Below are positions 23,365 to 34,418 of a stretch of DNA of 64,000 bases, piece after piece (within the stretch, counting starts at the first letter, position 1; each line of letters starts with the position of its first letter). The position numbers were made by a program, and so were the translations under genes. The notes beneath the pieces are model-generated. The model was not told where the DNA came from and made no database searches. It worked only from the letters and a program-made list of their open reading frames with translations. Source of the DNA: Paramoeba atlantica (lineage: Eukaryota; Protista; Discosea); assembly GCA_977017575.1 (NCBI GenBank), contig CDRNVI010000037.1, positions 124,001 through 188,000 of the forward strand. The letters run 5' to 3'.

Positions 23365-26300
23365 GTCAGGTACCTTGTTGTACCTTGTTGATTTATTTTC
23401 CCCTACTTTTACGACCCTTCATGACCTCGCCACATGCCAGAAGTGGGGAAATCTCACAGGCGTTGCAGGACTCTCATAAGAGACTAGGCAACGTAACTAG
23501 CCGATCCGCCACCTCTCTGACAGGTGCTGAACGCGAGGCCAAGGAACATGCAGCTCAACATGCAAACTCCTACCGAGTCAGCTCCAAAGCTCCTATGAGA
23601 GGTTCACTGAAAACAAACACTGAAAAGAAGGAAACCGCAATAAATACGACCCGGCGATGTAAACATACTTGTAAGGAGAAAACAAAATGCGGCCATCCCT
23701 GCTGCAAGACTGCGCCGAATCCGCCGTCCACTCAGCCCCTTAACATTTCACAATGCAAGCATCCCTGCAAAGACAAGAGTCTGTGCGGCCACCCATGTTG
23801 TAAACGACATCTTCTTCCTACCTGTGTTCCCGAAGATAGTACCACACATGTATCCCAAGGGAATACTGTTACCGATGTAACGAGGAGGACGGAAACAAAC
23901 ACAATGTCCTCTGAAGCCCCATCATCTGAAGGAGTAAAGGATGTACCTGAACCTATCGCCCCGTGCAAACATATCTGCAAGGATAAGGCGAATTGCGGGC
24001 ACCCCTGTTGTAAACGTCACCTCCACACCACTTGTACGAGCGCCGGTAGTGCACCTAGACTAGATCCACAAAGCAGTACGCGCGACAATGGGAGTCAAAA
24101 TCTGGCAGGAGACTCTGGGGGCTTTATGGTGAAAGTACTGCGCCACTTGACCAAGCCCATATTTCAATGTGCGGGCAAACCCCAAACTGCGCAGAACTCC
24201 TCGAACACGGAAGTGTTTTCACCCAGCGGCAGATCCACAAGCGAGGGCTCCAACCACTACGAACGCTCAAGGAAACACGTCGAGGGAGAAATGTCGGCAA
24301 AGAGAAAATTGATTGCCCCAGGAATCGCAAGATCAAACAGCGACAACCCTGCTACAACGCATGCCAACAGAGCTGATCAGCGTGAAGCAAGTAAGGTGCC
24401 CACCTTTCGGAAATCCCCTTCTTCTCCTCCGGAAGGAAAACAACATACTATCTCCTCAACAGCTATCAATCTTGCGTATGAATTATGTAAAGGCCTCCTT
24501 GGCATCCCTCCCCCGGAAGCACGAGCGAAACCACCGCCTCTCAGAAAGATGACTCCCAAGACCGTAAACCGAGGGTCCCAACTATCTCCCAAGCGAGAAC
24601 CTCCCGAATTCGCTATAGAAAAGCTGCAGGAAGGACCGACATTGCGCCTCAGCGCTCGACAGCCCGAACCAGAGCCTCAGAACCCATACAATCTACCATG
24701 TAAACATCCCTGTAAGGACAAAACCACGTGTGGCCACCTTTGCTGCAAAAGAGGGCTTACCCCTGGCATCACAACATCGTCACCCGCACGTATCTCTTCC
24801 TCTGATACCGAAAAGCACCCCCCAGACCGGATAACTGATGAACCATATCGCGACCATCCCAGCAGCACGCCCGAGCACGACGCAGGGGTGGACACTTCCG
24901 ACAACTCCAAAGCAGAGAAAGTCCCGTACCTCCCTGCCCCTTTATCGCCGCCACAGAATCTTTCGATAGTGCCGGAGTCCTGGAACGTCTCGTTCACGCC
25001 TAGTCCCACACGCCGCGGCGTAGAGAAACTACTTATTAATCGTATAAAGTCACCCCACCATACCGACGACTCAGAAGGACTCTTGACAGAACCACCGTTC
25101 CCTCTCTGCACTGCGGACGACGAAGTTCCGGAATGGGTATTCGAGAAGGTCCCTCACGACGTGCCTTCTGGGAATTCGGGGGTCCCTGTAGAAAGACGTC
25201 GCTCGACAGAGAAAGGGAAACAATGCCTACATTTTATACAATCCCGATCAAAGCCTCTGAAACTTCGCCTAGCAAGTGCCCAAGAATGGTTATATTTTCC
25301 GGACGTACGAGCTGCCTGCGAAAGTCAAATCACACGCAGCAGGATTAGCTCCCTGCAGGGAGCGCAGGCAGCCATTTCGAAGGCGCTGAACTCTGGCAAC
25401 CCCACGCACGACATCATAGTAAGAGGATGTTCCGTAGAAGAACTGATGGACCATGGGGCGTGCGATTTCATTACAATTCATAAAGTCGGAAGCCCGGACA
25501 AGTCTTCGCGCCACTCCAGTTGGGTATCTCTGTACCAGGATGCAGCCCTAAAACTTTCAGATTACTATTCCTCTCCGGGTACTCTCAGTAAAGCCGTTCT
25601 TAAGAGACTAAACGGCTCCGAAATTCCCGGGCTTGCAGATTATGTGATAACCCTACATCGACACACACCCATCGACGAAACTCCGCCGGTCTTAGAAGCT
25701 ATTCCGGAGCTTCCAGCATATCGCATAGCAGACCCACCCAGTCGTGTACCCTCTTTGCAATCCTTTGCACAACCCTGCCGCCACACCTGCCGCGACAAAC
25801 TCGGGTGTGCTCATCGTTGCTGTAAAGTCTTCGGTCCCGCTGCTCCTCCAACTGCAGGTTCCACTGCCGCCGAGACCAGCTCTGCCCAGGAATCCAAAGT
25901 ACCTCGCTCGGCGGTTCCACCAGACCTGCAGGAGTATAAAGAACAGGATCTCGATTACCTACTCCGAACAGCCAGGTACATCCAAGGGGGAAAGATATGT
26001 ATCAACTTAACGGACGCACAGTGGCACGACGTTGAGACCAAGGCTCTCAAAAGGTGTGCATTACTCACTCCTGAACAAGACATAGATTCCGCCGTTAGGA
26101 ACGCCGAACTCCTGAGCTCCATACTATCTGTCTCTACCTACGAGGTTGCTCGCGACGTGAATCCCACGAAAGGCTTTTTAATCCGCACAAAGAAAGGTCA
26201 CGCAAAGACCCGATGCAGACCCTTGGAAAGCGAAAAAATAGCCTCGTCCTTCTCCCGGCACCTAAAAGAACTGCAGACAAAACTACGCTATACACATGGA

Positions 26301-28994
26301 AAGGCAGACAGGAACGCCTTAAAACGAACGATCAAGGAAACCAAAAAAGGTGAAAGGGTTTATCATGCGGAGGCCACCGCACAGCGGCAAACACTCGAAC
26401 AACGCCGGGCACTGAAACGCTTTAACAGAAACCCATGGACCGCCGCTAGCGAAACATTGGACAAACCTATCGGTCTTGAAGCCCCAGCCTCCTATCCTAC
26501 ATGCGATGTGCACAGCGTGGAAAAGCACTTTGGTGATACACTTTCTGCTCCTTCAGAGGAATACCACATTCCTCCGTCTGACTCGCTTGGGACCCGTCCT
26601 CTTGTCGACATGTCATGGGAAGAGCTGACCCCGACCGAAATATCCGACGCTCTAATCTCGAAAAGGAATGGCAGTGCCCCAGGTCAAGACACCATCACAT
26701 ATACCATCCTAAAACGGTGTCACAGCGTACACTCACACATCGCTACAGTCTTCAACGCGTTGCTCAAGTATCGCACTTGCCCACCTTCCTGGAAATGCTC
26801 TGTTACCCGCCTAATTCATAAAAATGGAGCTCACGATCAACCCCAAAACTGGCGCCCCATCAGTCTCATCAGTGTTCTAGCTAAGCTTCTCCATTCGATC
26901 ATAAGTCGCAAAATAAACCGCCATCTGGTCGAGGCAGCAGTAATTGATCCATCAATCCAAAAGGGTTTCCTACCGGCCATCAACGGGACACTGGAACACA
27001 CTCAGACGCTGGATGCAATCTTGCAGCACTACAGAAAGAACAAGCTCCAATACTGCTTAGCCCAACTGGACCTATCCAACGCATTCGGTTCAGTCCCACA
27101 CAATGTTATATTTGAGGCGATGCAATGGGCCAAGATCTCCCCGACTCTCCTCGGGTACATCAGTAGTTTATATAACGGAGCGTCTACGCAAATAAAGTGT
27201 TATGAAGGTCTCTCCTCTACAATTCCTGTGCAACGTGGGGTACTCCAAGGCGACACCCTCTCCCCGTCTATATTCCTTATCGTCATGGAAGTAGTACTGC
27301 GTTATATGACACTTAACTTTCCCGCGTACGGACTCGATCTGCCAGGCAATGCGAAATGCTTTATAAAGGCCTACGCTGACGATCTCACTGTCCTCACCAG
27401 CAACCCGAAGGAGTCACAAATCGCACTTGGAGCCCTATCCTCAATCCTCCGCAAAATAGGTTTATCTATAAACGTGAAAAAGAGTAGGGTACAATGCATG
27501 GCCGTGCGACCGGACGATGAACACCCAGGTTACATGACACGCCGTCCACAAATTCTGGTCAATCACATTCCCATTCCCCAAATCTGTGATGCAGGTAGCA
27601 CCTTTCTGGGCATGACCATCGCCCCTGGAGCACAACAGTCCCGTGCGCTGTTCATGAAGCTACGTCCTCTCATTAATTCATGGCTCAGAAATATCGATAA
27701 GAGCGCCCACGACCTCCCTTCGCGACTATGGATATATCAGCATGCCATTATCTCCCGCTTGCGCTTCTCGCTTACGATCCACCCGTGCATCACTATGAAC
27801 TTTGTCCTCCGACTCCAGAAACTCTGTACCAACTTCCTGCGGCGTTGGATTAACGTGGCGCGTGGCTCTAGTCCCGAAGCAATTTATTCATCGCGCGGCT
27901 GGGGACTGAGGAGCCTGTCGCAACTGTGGCATGAATGTACTGCAGACCTTATGTGCCAGTTAAAGAAATCCAAAGATCCGGCTGCCGCAGCTGTGCTTCG
28001 GAACAAAATACGGGAAGAAGAGGAGAGACGCTTGAAAGGACAAATACGGCCCGCAACTCACATAACGCACTGCTTGAACGACCGATCTCGCGCCAGGAAA
28101 ACTCTCATTGACCTGAACGAGGAGCGTATGATTAACGCTCTGCGACGCCGCACCACGGTTGCCATACAGTGGTGGGACACGAACACGGAGGAAGATCAGG
28201 CGAAAGATTTTGCAGCTGCCATTAACGGCCTTAGGAGCACTTCACTGAGCAGATTCGCTACACATGTGATGGTCCAAGCCCCACTTCCTACCCGGACCAT
28301 GCTCAGAACATGGGGGAAGAATGGTGCAAATAGTGTGTCTTGCCGTATCTGCAACTCAGCACCCGAAACCTTAAGGCACCTGCTCTCAGGTTGCAGGACA
28401 TCCTTAGACCAAGGACGCTACACGTATCGACATGACAGAGTGTTGAGCGTCCTTGCGAACGCGATCGTCGGCTCCCCCAACACCTCCTGGGCCTCATTCG
28501 ACCTCGAGGGCCTCCGTAACCTCCCAAGTTGGTGGGCAGACCTAGAAACCACTCTGCGTCCAGATGGCCTGGTCAGGCTTCACGATGGAACTGAATTTAT
28601 CGTTGAACTGACCGTACCCTGGGAAGACAACATCGCGGAGGCACACTGCCGCAAAACGGAAAAATATCAGAATATATTGCATCGCCGCAGGATGGATCAC
28701 CCGAACACACATCTGCTGTGTATGGAGGTGGGTGTAAGAGGATTGCCGGCTTCCTCTCTTCGGCAGGTAGCCCGCCTTTTTGGGAGTGACAAAGGGCTGT
28801 CCACGGAATGCCAACTTGAAGCCATACGCGAAGCAATTCGTAGTAGCTTTGTTATTTGGCTAAACCGGGAATCACCCGACTGGAAAGGGGGCGGCTAGGC
28901 TAGTAAAACAGCCTATGCGGGGTCGTCGTATGCGACCGTAGCATAGGTAGAAATTTACCTCTGCAGATCTAAATATGATTCTGCATTGAATAAA
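23365..28994 (+). mobile_element. Full-length RLE-type (HERO-like) non-LTR retrotransposon, 5630 bp
   Basis: Single long ORF, 56-nt 5' leader, and 96-nt hairpin-rich 3' UTR ending TGAATAAA. Boundaries are set by rejoining the LRR gene. Confidence 0.92.
23421..28898 (+). CDS. Polyprotein: 5 Cys/His fingers + reverse transcriptase + CCHC + restriction-like endonuclease (1825 aa from first ATG)
   Basis: RT motifs WRPISL, LDLSNAFGSVPH, GVLQGDTLSP, AYADD. CRICNSAPETLRHLLSGC, GRYTYRHDRVL, RPDG...ELTVPWE...RKTEKY, EVGVRG. No stops or frameshifts. Confidence 0.95.
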   Translation: MTSPHARSGEISQALQDSHKRLGNVTSRSATSLTGAEREAKEHAAQHANSYRVSSKAPMRGSLKTNTEKKETAINTTRRCKHTCKEKTKCGHPCCKTAPNPPSTQPLNISQCKHPCKDKSLCGHPCCKRHLLPTCVPEDSTTHVSQGNTVTDVTRRTETNTMSSEAPSSEGVKDVPEPIAPCKHICKDKANCGHPCCKRHLHTTCTSAGSAPRLDPQSSTRDNGSQNLAGDSGGFMVKVLRHLTKPIFQCAGKPQTAQNSSNTEVFSPSGRSTSEGSNHYERSRKHVEGEMSAKRKLIAPGIARSNSDNPATTHANRADQREASKVPTFRKSPSSPPEGKQHTISSTAINLAYELCKGLLGIPPPEARAKPPPLRKMTPKTVNRGSQLSPKREPPEFAIEKLQEGPTLRLSARQPEPEPQNPYNLPCKHPCKDKTTCGHLCCKRGLTPGITTSSPARISSSDTEKHPPDRITDEPYRDHPSSTPEHDAGVDTSDNSKAEKVPYLPAPLSPPQNLSIVPESWNVSFTPSPTRRGVEKLLINRIKSPHHTDDSEGLLTEPPFPLCTADDEVPEWVFEKVPHDVPSGNSGVPVERRRSTEKGKQCLHFIQSRSKPLKLRLASAQEWLYFPDVRAACESQITRSRISSLQGAQAAISKALNSGNPTHDIIVRGCSVEELMDHGACDFITIHKVGSPDKSSRHSSWVSLYQDAALKLSDYYSSPGTLSKAVLKRLNGSEIPGLADYVITLHRHTPIDETPPVLEAIPELPAYRIADPPSRVPSLQSFAQPCRHTCRDKLGCAHRCCKVFGPAAPPTAGSTAAETSSAQESKVPRSAVPPDLQEYKEQDLDYLLRTARYIQGGKICINLTDAQWHDVETKALKRCALLTPEQDIDSAVRNAELLSSILSVSTYEVARDVNPTKGFLIRTKKGHAKTRCRPLESEKIASSFSRHLKELQTKLRYTHGKADRNALKRTIKETKKGERVYHAEATAQRQTLEQRRALKRFNRNPWTAASETLDKPIGLEAPASYPTCDVHSVEKHFGDTLSAPSEEYHIPPSDSLGTRPLVDMSWEELTPTEISDALISKRNGSAPGQDTITYTILKRCHSVHSHIATVFNALLKYRTCPPSWKCSVTRLIHKNGAHDQPQNWRPISLISVLAKLLHSIISRKINRHLVEAAVIDPSIQKGFLPAINGTLEHTQTLDAILQHYRKNKLQYCLAQLDLSNAFGSVPHNVIFEAMQWAKISPTLLGYISSLYNGASTQIKCYEGLSSTIPVQRGVLQGDTLSPSIFLIVMEVVLRYMTLNFPAYGLDLPGNAKCFIKAYADDLTVLTSNPKESQIALGALSSILRKIGLSINVKKSRVQCMAVRPDDEHPGYMTRRPQILVNHIPIPQICDAGSTFLGMTIAPGAQQSRALFMKLRPLINSWLRNIDKSAHDLPSRLWIYQHAIISRLRFSLTIHPCITMNFVLRLQKLCTNFLRRWINVARGSSPEAIYSSRGWGLRSLSQLWHECTADLMCQLKKSKDPAAAAVLRNKIREEEERRLKGQIRPATHITHCLNDRSRARKTLIDLNEERMINALRRRTTVAIQWWDTNTEEDQAKDFAAAINGLRSTSLSRFATHVMVQAPLPTRTMLRTWGKNGANSVSCRICNSAPETLRHLLSGCRTSLDQGRYTYRHDRVLSVLANAIVGSPNTSWASFDLEGLRNLPSWWADLETTLRPDGLVRLHDGTEFIVELTVPWEDNIAEAHCRKTEKYQNILHRRRMDHPNTHLLCMEVGVRGLPASSLRQVARLFGSDKGLSTECQLEAIREAIRSSFVIWLNRESPDWKGGG

Positions 28995-29395
28995 CACCTG
29001 TCGGGTAATAAATTTACAGGATCGCTCGAGTTGCAACATTTGCCACCTTCCTTAACGAAATTTTGTTGCCAAAACAATTGTTTCTCCGGATTCGTTGAAT
29101 TCGGTCGGCTTCCTTGGAAATTAGATTCCCTGCGGATCTCCGACAACGCTGAACTCTATGGGGAAATACCTAAATCTCTTCTCTTGAACACGGATGTTCG
29201 CTTTGCGCATACCAAAGTACGTTTGAAGAATCTGTGAAGTATATCAGCTGAAAGGAACACGTCTGAACAAAATTTACCACTTATATGAGTGTCAAATATC
29301 AATGGTAGATACAGTGTTTGATACAGGGTTCGAAAAACAAGATTTGTTTTTTCAAACAAGAGTTGAGCCAAATCAGTAATGTATTTATTCATTTA

Positions 29396-30366
29396 ATGTG
29401 ACCCCCCCTTTAATGCGGACCCCCCTGATCCCCCCCTTTAATACGGAATTTTTTGAAGTTTTTTGGAAGGAAATTTTTCGATTTTTATTTTTTAGATTTT
29501 CATTGTTCGAGAGCACGACTCAAAGGGATGTTTGTCAGCCGAGTGATCGCTTTTGCCCCAAGTCCACTCTTCGTTGAGATCAGTAGCCGGCTACAGAAGT
29601 GATACCGTATAAGACTTTAAAAACCTGGTTTGCGGTGCGCCCATGTGCGGCCGTCAGAAGAGGTCCCCAAAAATAAGTTTTACCGCGGCACTTTATATCG
29701 AACCAATGATCTTCCTTAAGAGTACGTACCCGTGGCTCATTGACCTTGTCTACCCATTTAGGGTAAAAGAAGAACACTCGCTCTCGCGCAACCGCCCTCA
29801 CCCCGCCCAAATCCCCCTCCCCCCTTGAGCCACCCTCCCGAGCCAAATCCTTGTTACTGGGGGGTCTATTACTGGTGGGTCTACGGTATGTCGGAAAAAG
29901 GCGACTCAAAAAAATCGAACTTTTTACTTCCTGAAGGAAACGTCTCATTATCCTGTAAATGGTGTTACAGGATAACATACCCCCCGGTATGTTATCTTGT
30001 TACAGATATCTTGCTACAGGTATGTTAACTTTTATGCCATCATTGTTTTGAAGAATATGATTACCAAACTTAAAAAAAGTTAACGTTCCTGTAGCTACTT
30101 AACACTCTCCCCGGAATGTTAAACCGGACTGTGGTTTAGTATCTCCCTCGTCCACTTTAGTCTGGTTGTGCTCGTAAAATTTATTTCCCCTACAGATCAC
30201 CCCCCTTCACCAATTTCATCAAAAAAAACAGGCGCCGCAAAGCGGCGCGAAACTTTTTTTGTCGCTTTTTTTAGCTTAAAAACAGGGTCATTTTCTTATC
30301 TTTAGTACCCCCCCTTTAATACGGACAATGTCCAAAAATCTGTCCGTATTAAAGGGGGGGTCACAG
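29396..30366. mobile_element. Non-autonomous pogo-type element
   Basis: TIR (C/A)TGTGACCCCCCCTTTAAT(A/G)CGGA / TCCGTATTAAAGGGGGGGTCACAG with TA flanks. Same left end as the element at 58562. Confidence 0.75.
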
Positions 30367-30599
30367 TATCAAAATTAATTTTTAAAAGAAGTTTTTAAAG
30401 TAGTTTACGCGCTATATTCTATAAAATATTTAGTCCGTATTTCATACATTTTAAAAAAATGTTTTGCGACAAAGTGGAATCTTGACAATCGATCTCAATT
30501 AAACAAAAACTTATCCTTCTTATTGAGAAACATTATTGGGATCGCATTACTTAAACGAGTTTATTATTACATTACCTGTAACATTTTGTTTTCAATTTT

Positions 30600-31400
30600 C
30601 ATTCACTTTTCTCCAGCACCATGTCTAGGAAGTCTGTCCGAGGTGAACTTTCACTGTTTTCATCTTCGCTTACAGTAAGCGAAGCATATCCTAATTTGTC
30701 CATGTTTCTACGAATGAAAAGCTGCTGTGCAATTACTTATGGAGCCAAGGAAGCTGGGCGCGAGTTGTACATGTACCCCAACGTAGACAGCCACAAGTCG
30801 CACTTTGTGACGACAGGTGGAGTCCAAATATAATGTTGTGGTGCGACAAAAACGAAGGGAAACATGTTACGACCCACTGATGTCCACCAATCATAGTCGT
30901 TTTTGTGATTCATGGGGTTCCACTCATAGTCCCGACAAGCCACATACTCATTCCATTCTTTTGCAGATATTGAAAACAGAGGTTTTCAAAAACGGAAACT
31001 CTATGTCTCAGCGATAGCCTGCTGAGCCGATGCATCACACAATCATGTGCAACATACCTTTCGACAGGCTTCAAGTTTTTAGTTAGAAATTCCATGGAGG
31101 TAAATTTATTCACGCAACACCGAGTTACCCCTCAAGCTTTGGTGTGACGACAACACGAGCCGTTCGCGCCTTTTCTAAGGCAGAAGCAGTACTTTGCAAT
31201 TACATCTCGTTTCGCCTCGAACTTTTCTATACCTTCAAGTTTGTCGCATACAGTGGCTACTTCATCCGGAATCACACTTCTCGGAGTTAACAAGCACTCT
31301 AGTAGCTGTGATTCAAGATTCTTCAACCAAGACACAGGACAGCTTTCTCGAAGGCCAAGGTACGACTGGCGAAACACTGTTTCGGCGTTCGTAACGTTGT
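30600..31400 (-). pseudogene. Degenerate ORF with a SWIM-like motif (possible MULE remnant)
   Basis: YCFCLRKGANGSCCRH fits CxCx(n)CxH. Multiple stops and frameshifts. Confidence 0.3.
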
Positions 31401-32680
31401 TTTCAAAACGAGCGAGCGATTATGACATACAAAATATTTCTAAAATCGGACAAAATGCAGGACCTGTCGGGGGGTAAAAGAGGCTGAACACCACTTCATT
31501 TTATAACTGTACTCCAACAGCTGCGAATGGTAGGAAATTTCTGCCCAGACTGTGAACAATGACTTATTCGTATGACCGTAAATGACAAGTTCTTATGACT
31601 TATGACAAGACCGTAAAATTGCGATACCGGATGCGTACAATACCGAAATCAGCAGTTTAAAAAATGGGTGCATTTTCATGTCACTTGACCCATTCCTTAT
31701 TACCTTTTCGATCTCCTATTTGTTTCCTAAATTTATACAATCTATTCTACAATGGGTAGACGGACTCAAAACGTCAAAACAGGAAAATATATTCGACGCG
31801 TATTAGCGACCGTCATAGAGTGGAATAAGTTTCGTCGTACAGGCCTGGTACGTGTCCTCGATCCCCAGCCTAATTTTTTCTCACACACCATTAAATCTAC
31901 CTCTCTCGCCCAACCTCGCTTACAAAACTCCAACCCGAATGTTACCTACTACGACAGTCACCCTTCCCACCACACCACACAACCCTTTCTCGCCTCCACC
32001 CTACCCTACTCCTCTCAACCCACCCCCCAACACCCTCTTCTCTCCCCCACAAACGCTCCCCCCTCCCTAACCCCCCACACCCCTTCTCCCCCTCATCGAA
32101 CCCCTCCCCGCCCTAACCCCCACCGTCCCCCACCCTCTTTTTCCCCCTCCCCCTCCCCCCTCCCCACGACCCCTACGGTCGCCTCTTCTTCTCCTCCCTC
32201 TTCTTTCTCTTCTCCGCCCCCTCCCCTCACCCCCACCCCCTCCCCCCATGCCTCCCCCTCCCTGCTGCTCCCCCTGCTCCCCTCCCACATCGCCCACCAC
32301 GGCCCCCTCCCCGCGCTCCGTGTCGGCATGACGCTGGAGCTCACCCCGGACTACGACCCCGGGGCGGGGCGCGCGGTGGCCACCGCCGTGTCCCTCCCCG
32401 GGGGGGGCCCGCTGCCCGGGACCAGCCACGACCCCTGCGTGGGCTCGGGCCCGCGGGTACGCGACCCGCTGAGCTACCCCGCCCGGCACTACGGTACCCC
32501 CCCACCGCCGTGGAGGTATGTGGGGAGGAGTGAGGACGTGGATGTGTGAGGAAAGGGGGCGAGGGGGGAGGGGAGATACCCCTGCACACCATACCCATAC
32601 GGTATGTACCCCTATTGTTGTATAATACCTTTTTGTATAATCTACCTTTAATAAATAATATACCTTTGTTGTATAATTAT

Positions 32681-32787
32681 TTTTTAGGCTCTTCGTTAAA
32701 CGCGGTGGTTGTTTTCAACTTAGAAGTCACTCATGCTGCGCGCTTCGCGTTGAAAACTACCACCGCGTTTAACGAAGAGCCTAAAAA
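32681..32787. mobile_element. Palindromic mini-element (uninterrupted copy)
   Basis: Arms of about 39 bp around the spacer TTAGAAGTCACTCATGCTGCGCGCTTCGC. A partial third copy lies near 51291-51340. Confidence 0.8.
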
Positions 32788-33306
32788 AGAAAATTTGGCC
32801 CGGAAAGCTGGAGAAAACGGAAAGATTATAGCCAAAAATAGTCCATTTTCGGGTAAAAATGGGATGATTTTTGCGTATTTTTGCTCTCAGAGCACTAAAT
32901 CTGATATTTGCGCGTGGGAAATCACTCGTAGTCATGAATGAAAGCCTATCTAACGTATTGGATAGAGAATGCGACTCCAACCACACCATTCTTTCGACAC
33001 AAAAAGGCCCCTTGGGGTCCGAAAAATACTTTTTCACCTTTTTTAGTCAAAAATGGGTCATTTTGAGGGGCGCACCATGGCTCGCATAATGTATATCTTG
33101 CGAAAACAACGGTGCGGAAAGCTAGTATACGTCCCAAACTATCAAAATACGGTTAAACTGAAGCAAAGTTAGCATTTTTCATATTTTTTGATATTTCCGA
33201 TGAATCCTGGCTCTACTTCGAAGCTACTCTCTTCCAATACAATGAATTTAAATTGATTTCTTTCTTACTTCAATATCTTAATACTTTCTTGCATAACTCT
33301 GCGAAC

Positions 33307-34212
33307 TTAAAGATGAATACAAGTGCAATGAGTCTGCAAGTTCTCGAGGATTCTCAGCATGACATCCCCGCCGTTCCTCTTCAAACTTCCGTTCCATTTT
33401 TCAGCAATTGCTTGAACTCGGTCTGATCTTTTCCCTGGCTTGCTCCCCAAAATATTTCCTTCACGCTTCAAACGCTTCTTAGCCATAAAGCTAGCACATT
33501 CGACAGTGTTTGTATGTACCCCGTCTGGGGTGACCCATTGCTGACGATGATTTACACTTCGCCACTCGTACTTGGACCGAAATTTTAGATTATGACGGGC
33601 GCCAAGAAGCGGACGGGTGCTATGAAGAAGCAGGTTCATCAATTTTTTGAACGAGCGTTGGTACACCACCACTTTGCGCCAATGAGCTTCATGTGTTGGG
33701 GTGACTTGTGTACATTCCTGTAGCACACAACTTTCTGGGCTACCAGCTTGTGGCTTTTCATCCATTCGGCACATTCCTGCTCGGTCCAAAGTGCAACTTT
33801 GCTTACACCCCCGCCAAAAAGTATTGTTCACAAAAATGGCCGACACAAAAAGTATTGTATTTATTAGTATCGACCATTTTTTTGAGTTTTGACCAGAATT
33901 TTAGTTGCTTTTTTCGAATTTTCAGGAAATTAGCATAATGAGTTCTGATATACGCGGCCACTTGATCTCTAGGGAAGCTGAGTGATTTCTCTCCTATTTT
34001 TATGCTTCACTATACGTTTACACAGAACCGATATGATAATGTCCAACTTTTTGGAGGCCAGTGGCAACTCGTGGAAATCGACAAAAAGTATTGTATTTAT
34101 TAGTATCGACCAAAAATTCGTGGTCGATACTAATAAATTACAATACTTTTTGGCGGGGGTGTAATGTGAGGCCACCCCGACAATAAAACCCAGCACACCC
34201 TTGACAAGGCAT
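33307..34212 (-). pseudogene. Second Merlin transposase, internally deleted and MITE-interrupted
   Basis: MPCQGCAGFYCRGGLT|LSKVALWTEQECAEWMKSH parallels MVCQGCRGFACRKKFTLSRISRWTEAQCEQWLRSH at 7304. C-terminus VNHRQQWVTPDGVHTNTVE. Confidence 0.8.
33806..34161. mobile_element. Tc1-type MITE, 356 bp
   Basis: TIR CACCCCCGCCAAAAAGTATTGT with TA TSD at 33804-05 and 34162-63. Excision restores the Merlin frame. Confidence 0.88.
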
Positions 34213-34245
34213 AACAAAATCACGAAAAATCCAAAAATCAACCTA

Positions 34246-34325
34246 CCGTTACCCCCCCTTACTTCACCTCCCCCCTTACTTCACCACATTTAGCCACTCC
34301 GTATGTGGTGAAGTAAGGGGGGTGT
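34246..34325. repeat. Left end of the pogo element, with direct and inverted CCCCTTACTTCACC motifs
   Basis: TA|CCGTTACCCCCCCTTACTTCACC, a second direct copy, and an inverted copy GGTGAAGTAAGGGG. No matching right TIR was found. Confidence 0.6.
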
Positions 34326-34418
34326 CAGAATTTTCCCCCGATTCCTACTCTGTGATGATAGTTAACCCAGGTCAGAAATTGTAAATTTTCATTGATTTCA
34401 ATATTTATTCAATGCACG

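Larger units (their letters stand above)
22750..29237 (+). pseudogene. LRR gene disrupted by the retrotransposon (halves 22750-23364 and 28995-29237)
   Basis: Joining the halves gives LPASLTYL|HLSGNKFTGSLELQH, an exact 23-aa repeat, in frame, 285 aa in total, with no TSD. Confidence 0.92.

Noticed and set aside
23365-23470. HDV-like ribozyme at the 5' end of the large element
   Set aside because: Only one helix is evident (TTTCCCC(T)ACTT / AAGTGGGGAAA). I could not build the nested double pseudoknot.
23365-28994. The two LRR insertions as spliceosomal or group II introns (GT near both 5' junctions)
   Set aside because: Both end in AAA, not AG or AY. The RT is of the non-LTR type with a CCHC + RLE C-terminus, and there is no GUGYG start or domain V.
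31752-32549. 265-aa Pro/Ser-rich ORF
   Set aside because: It is mostly a C/T-rich low-complexity tract with equally long antisense ORFs. No domain is recognised.
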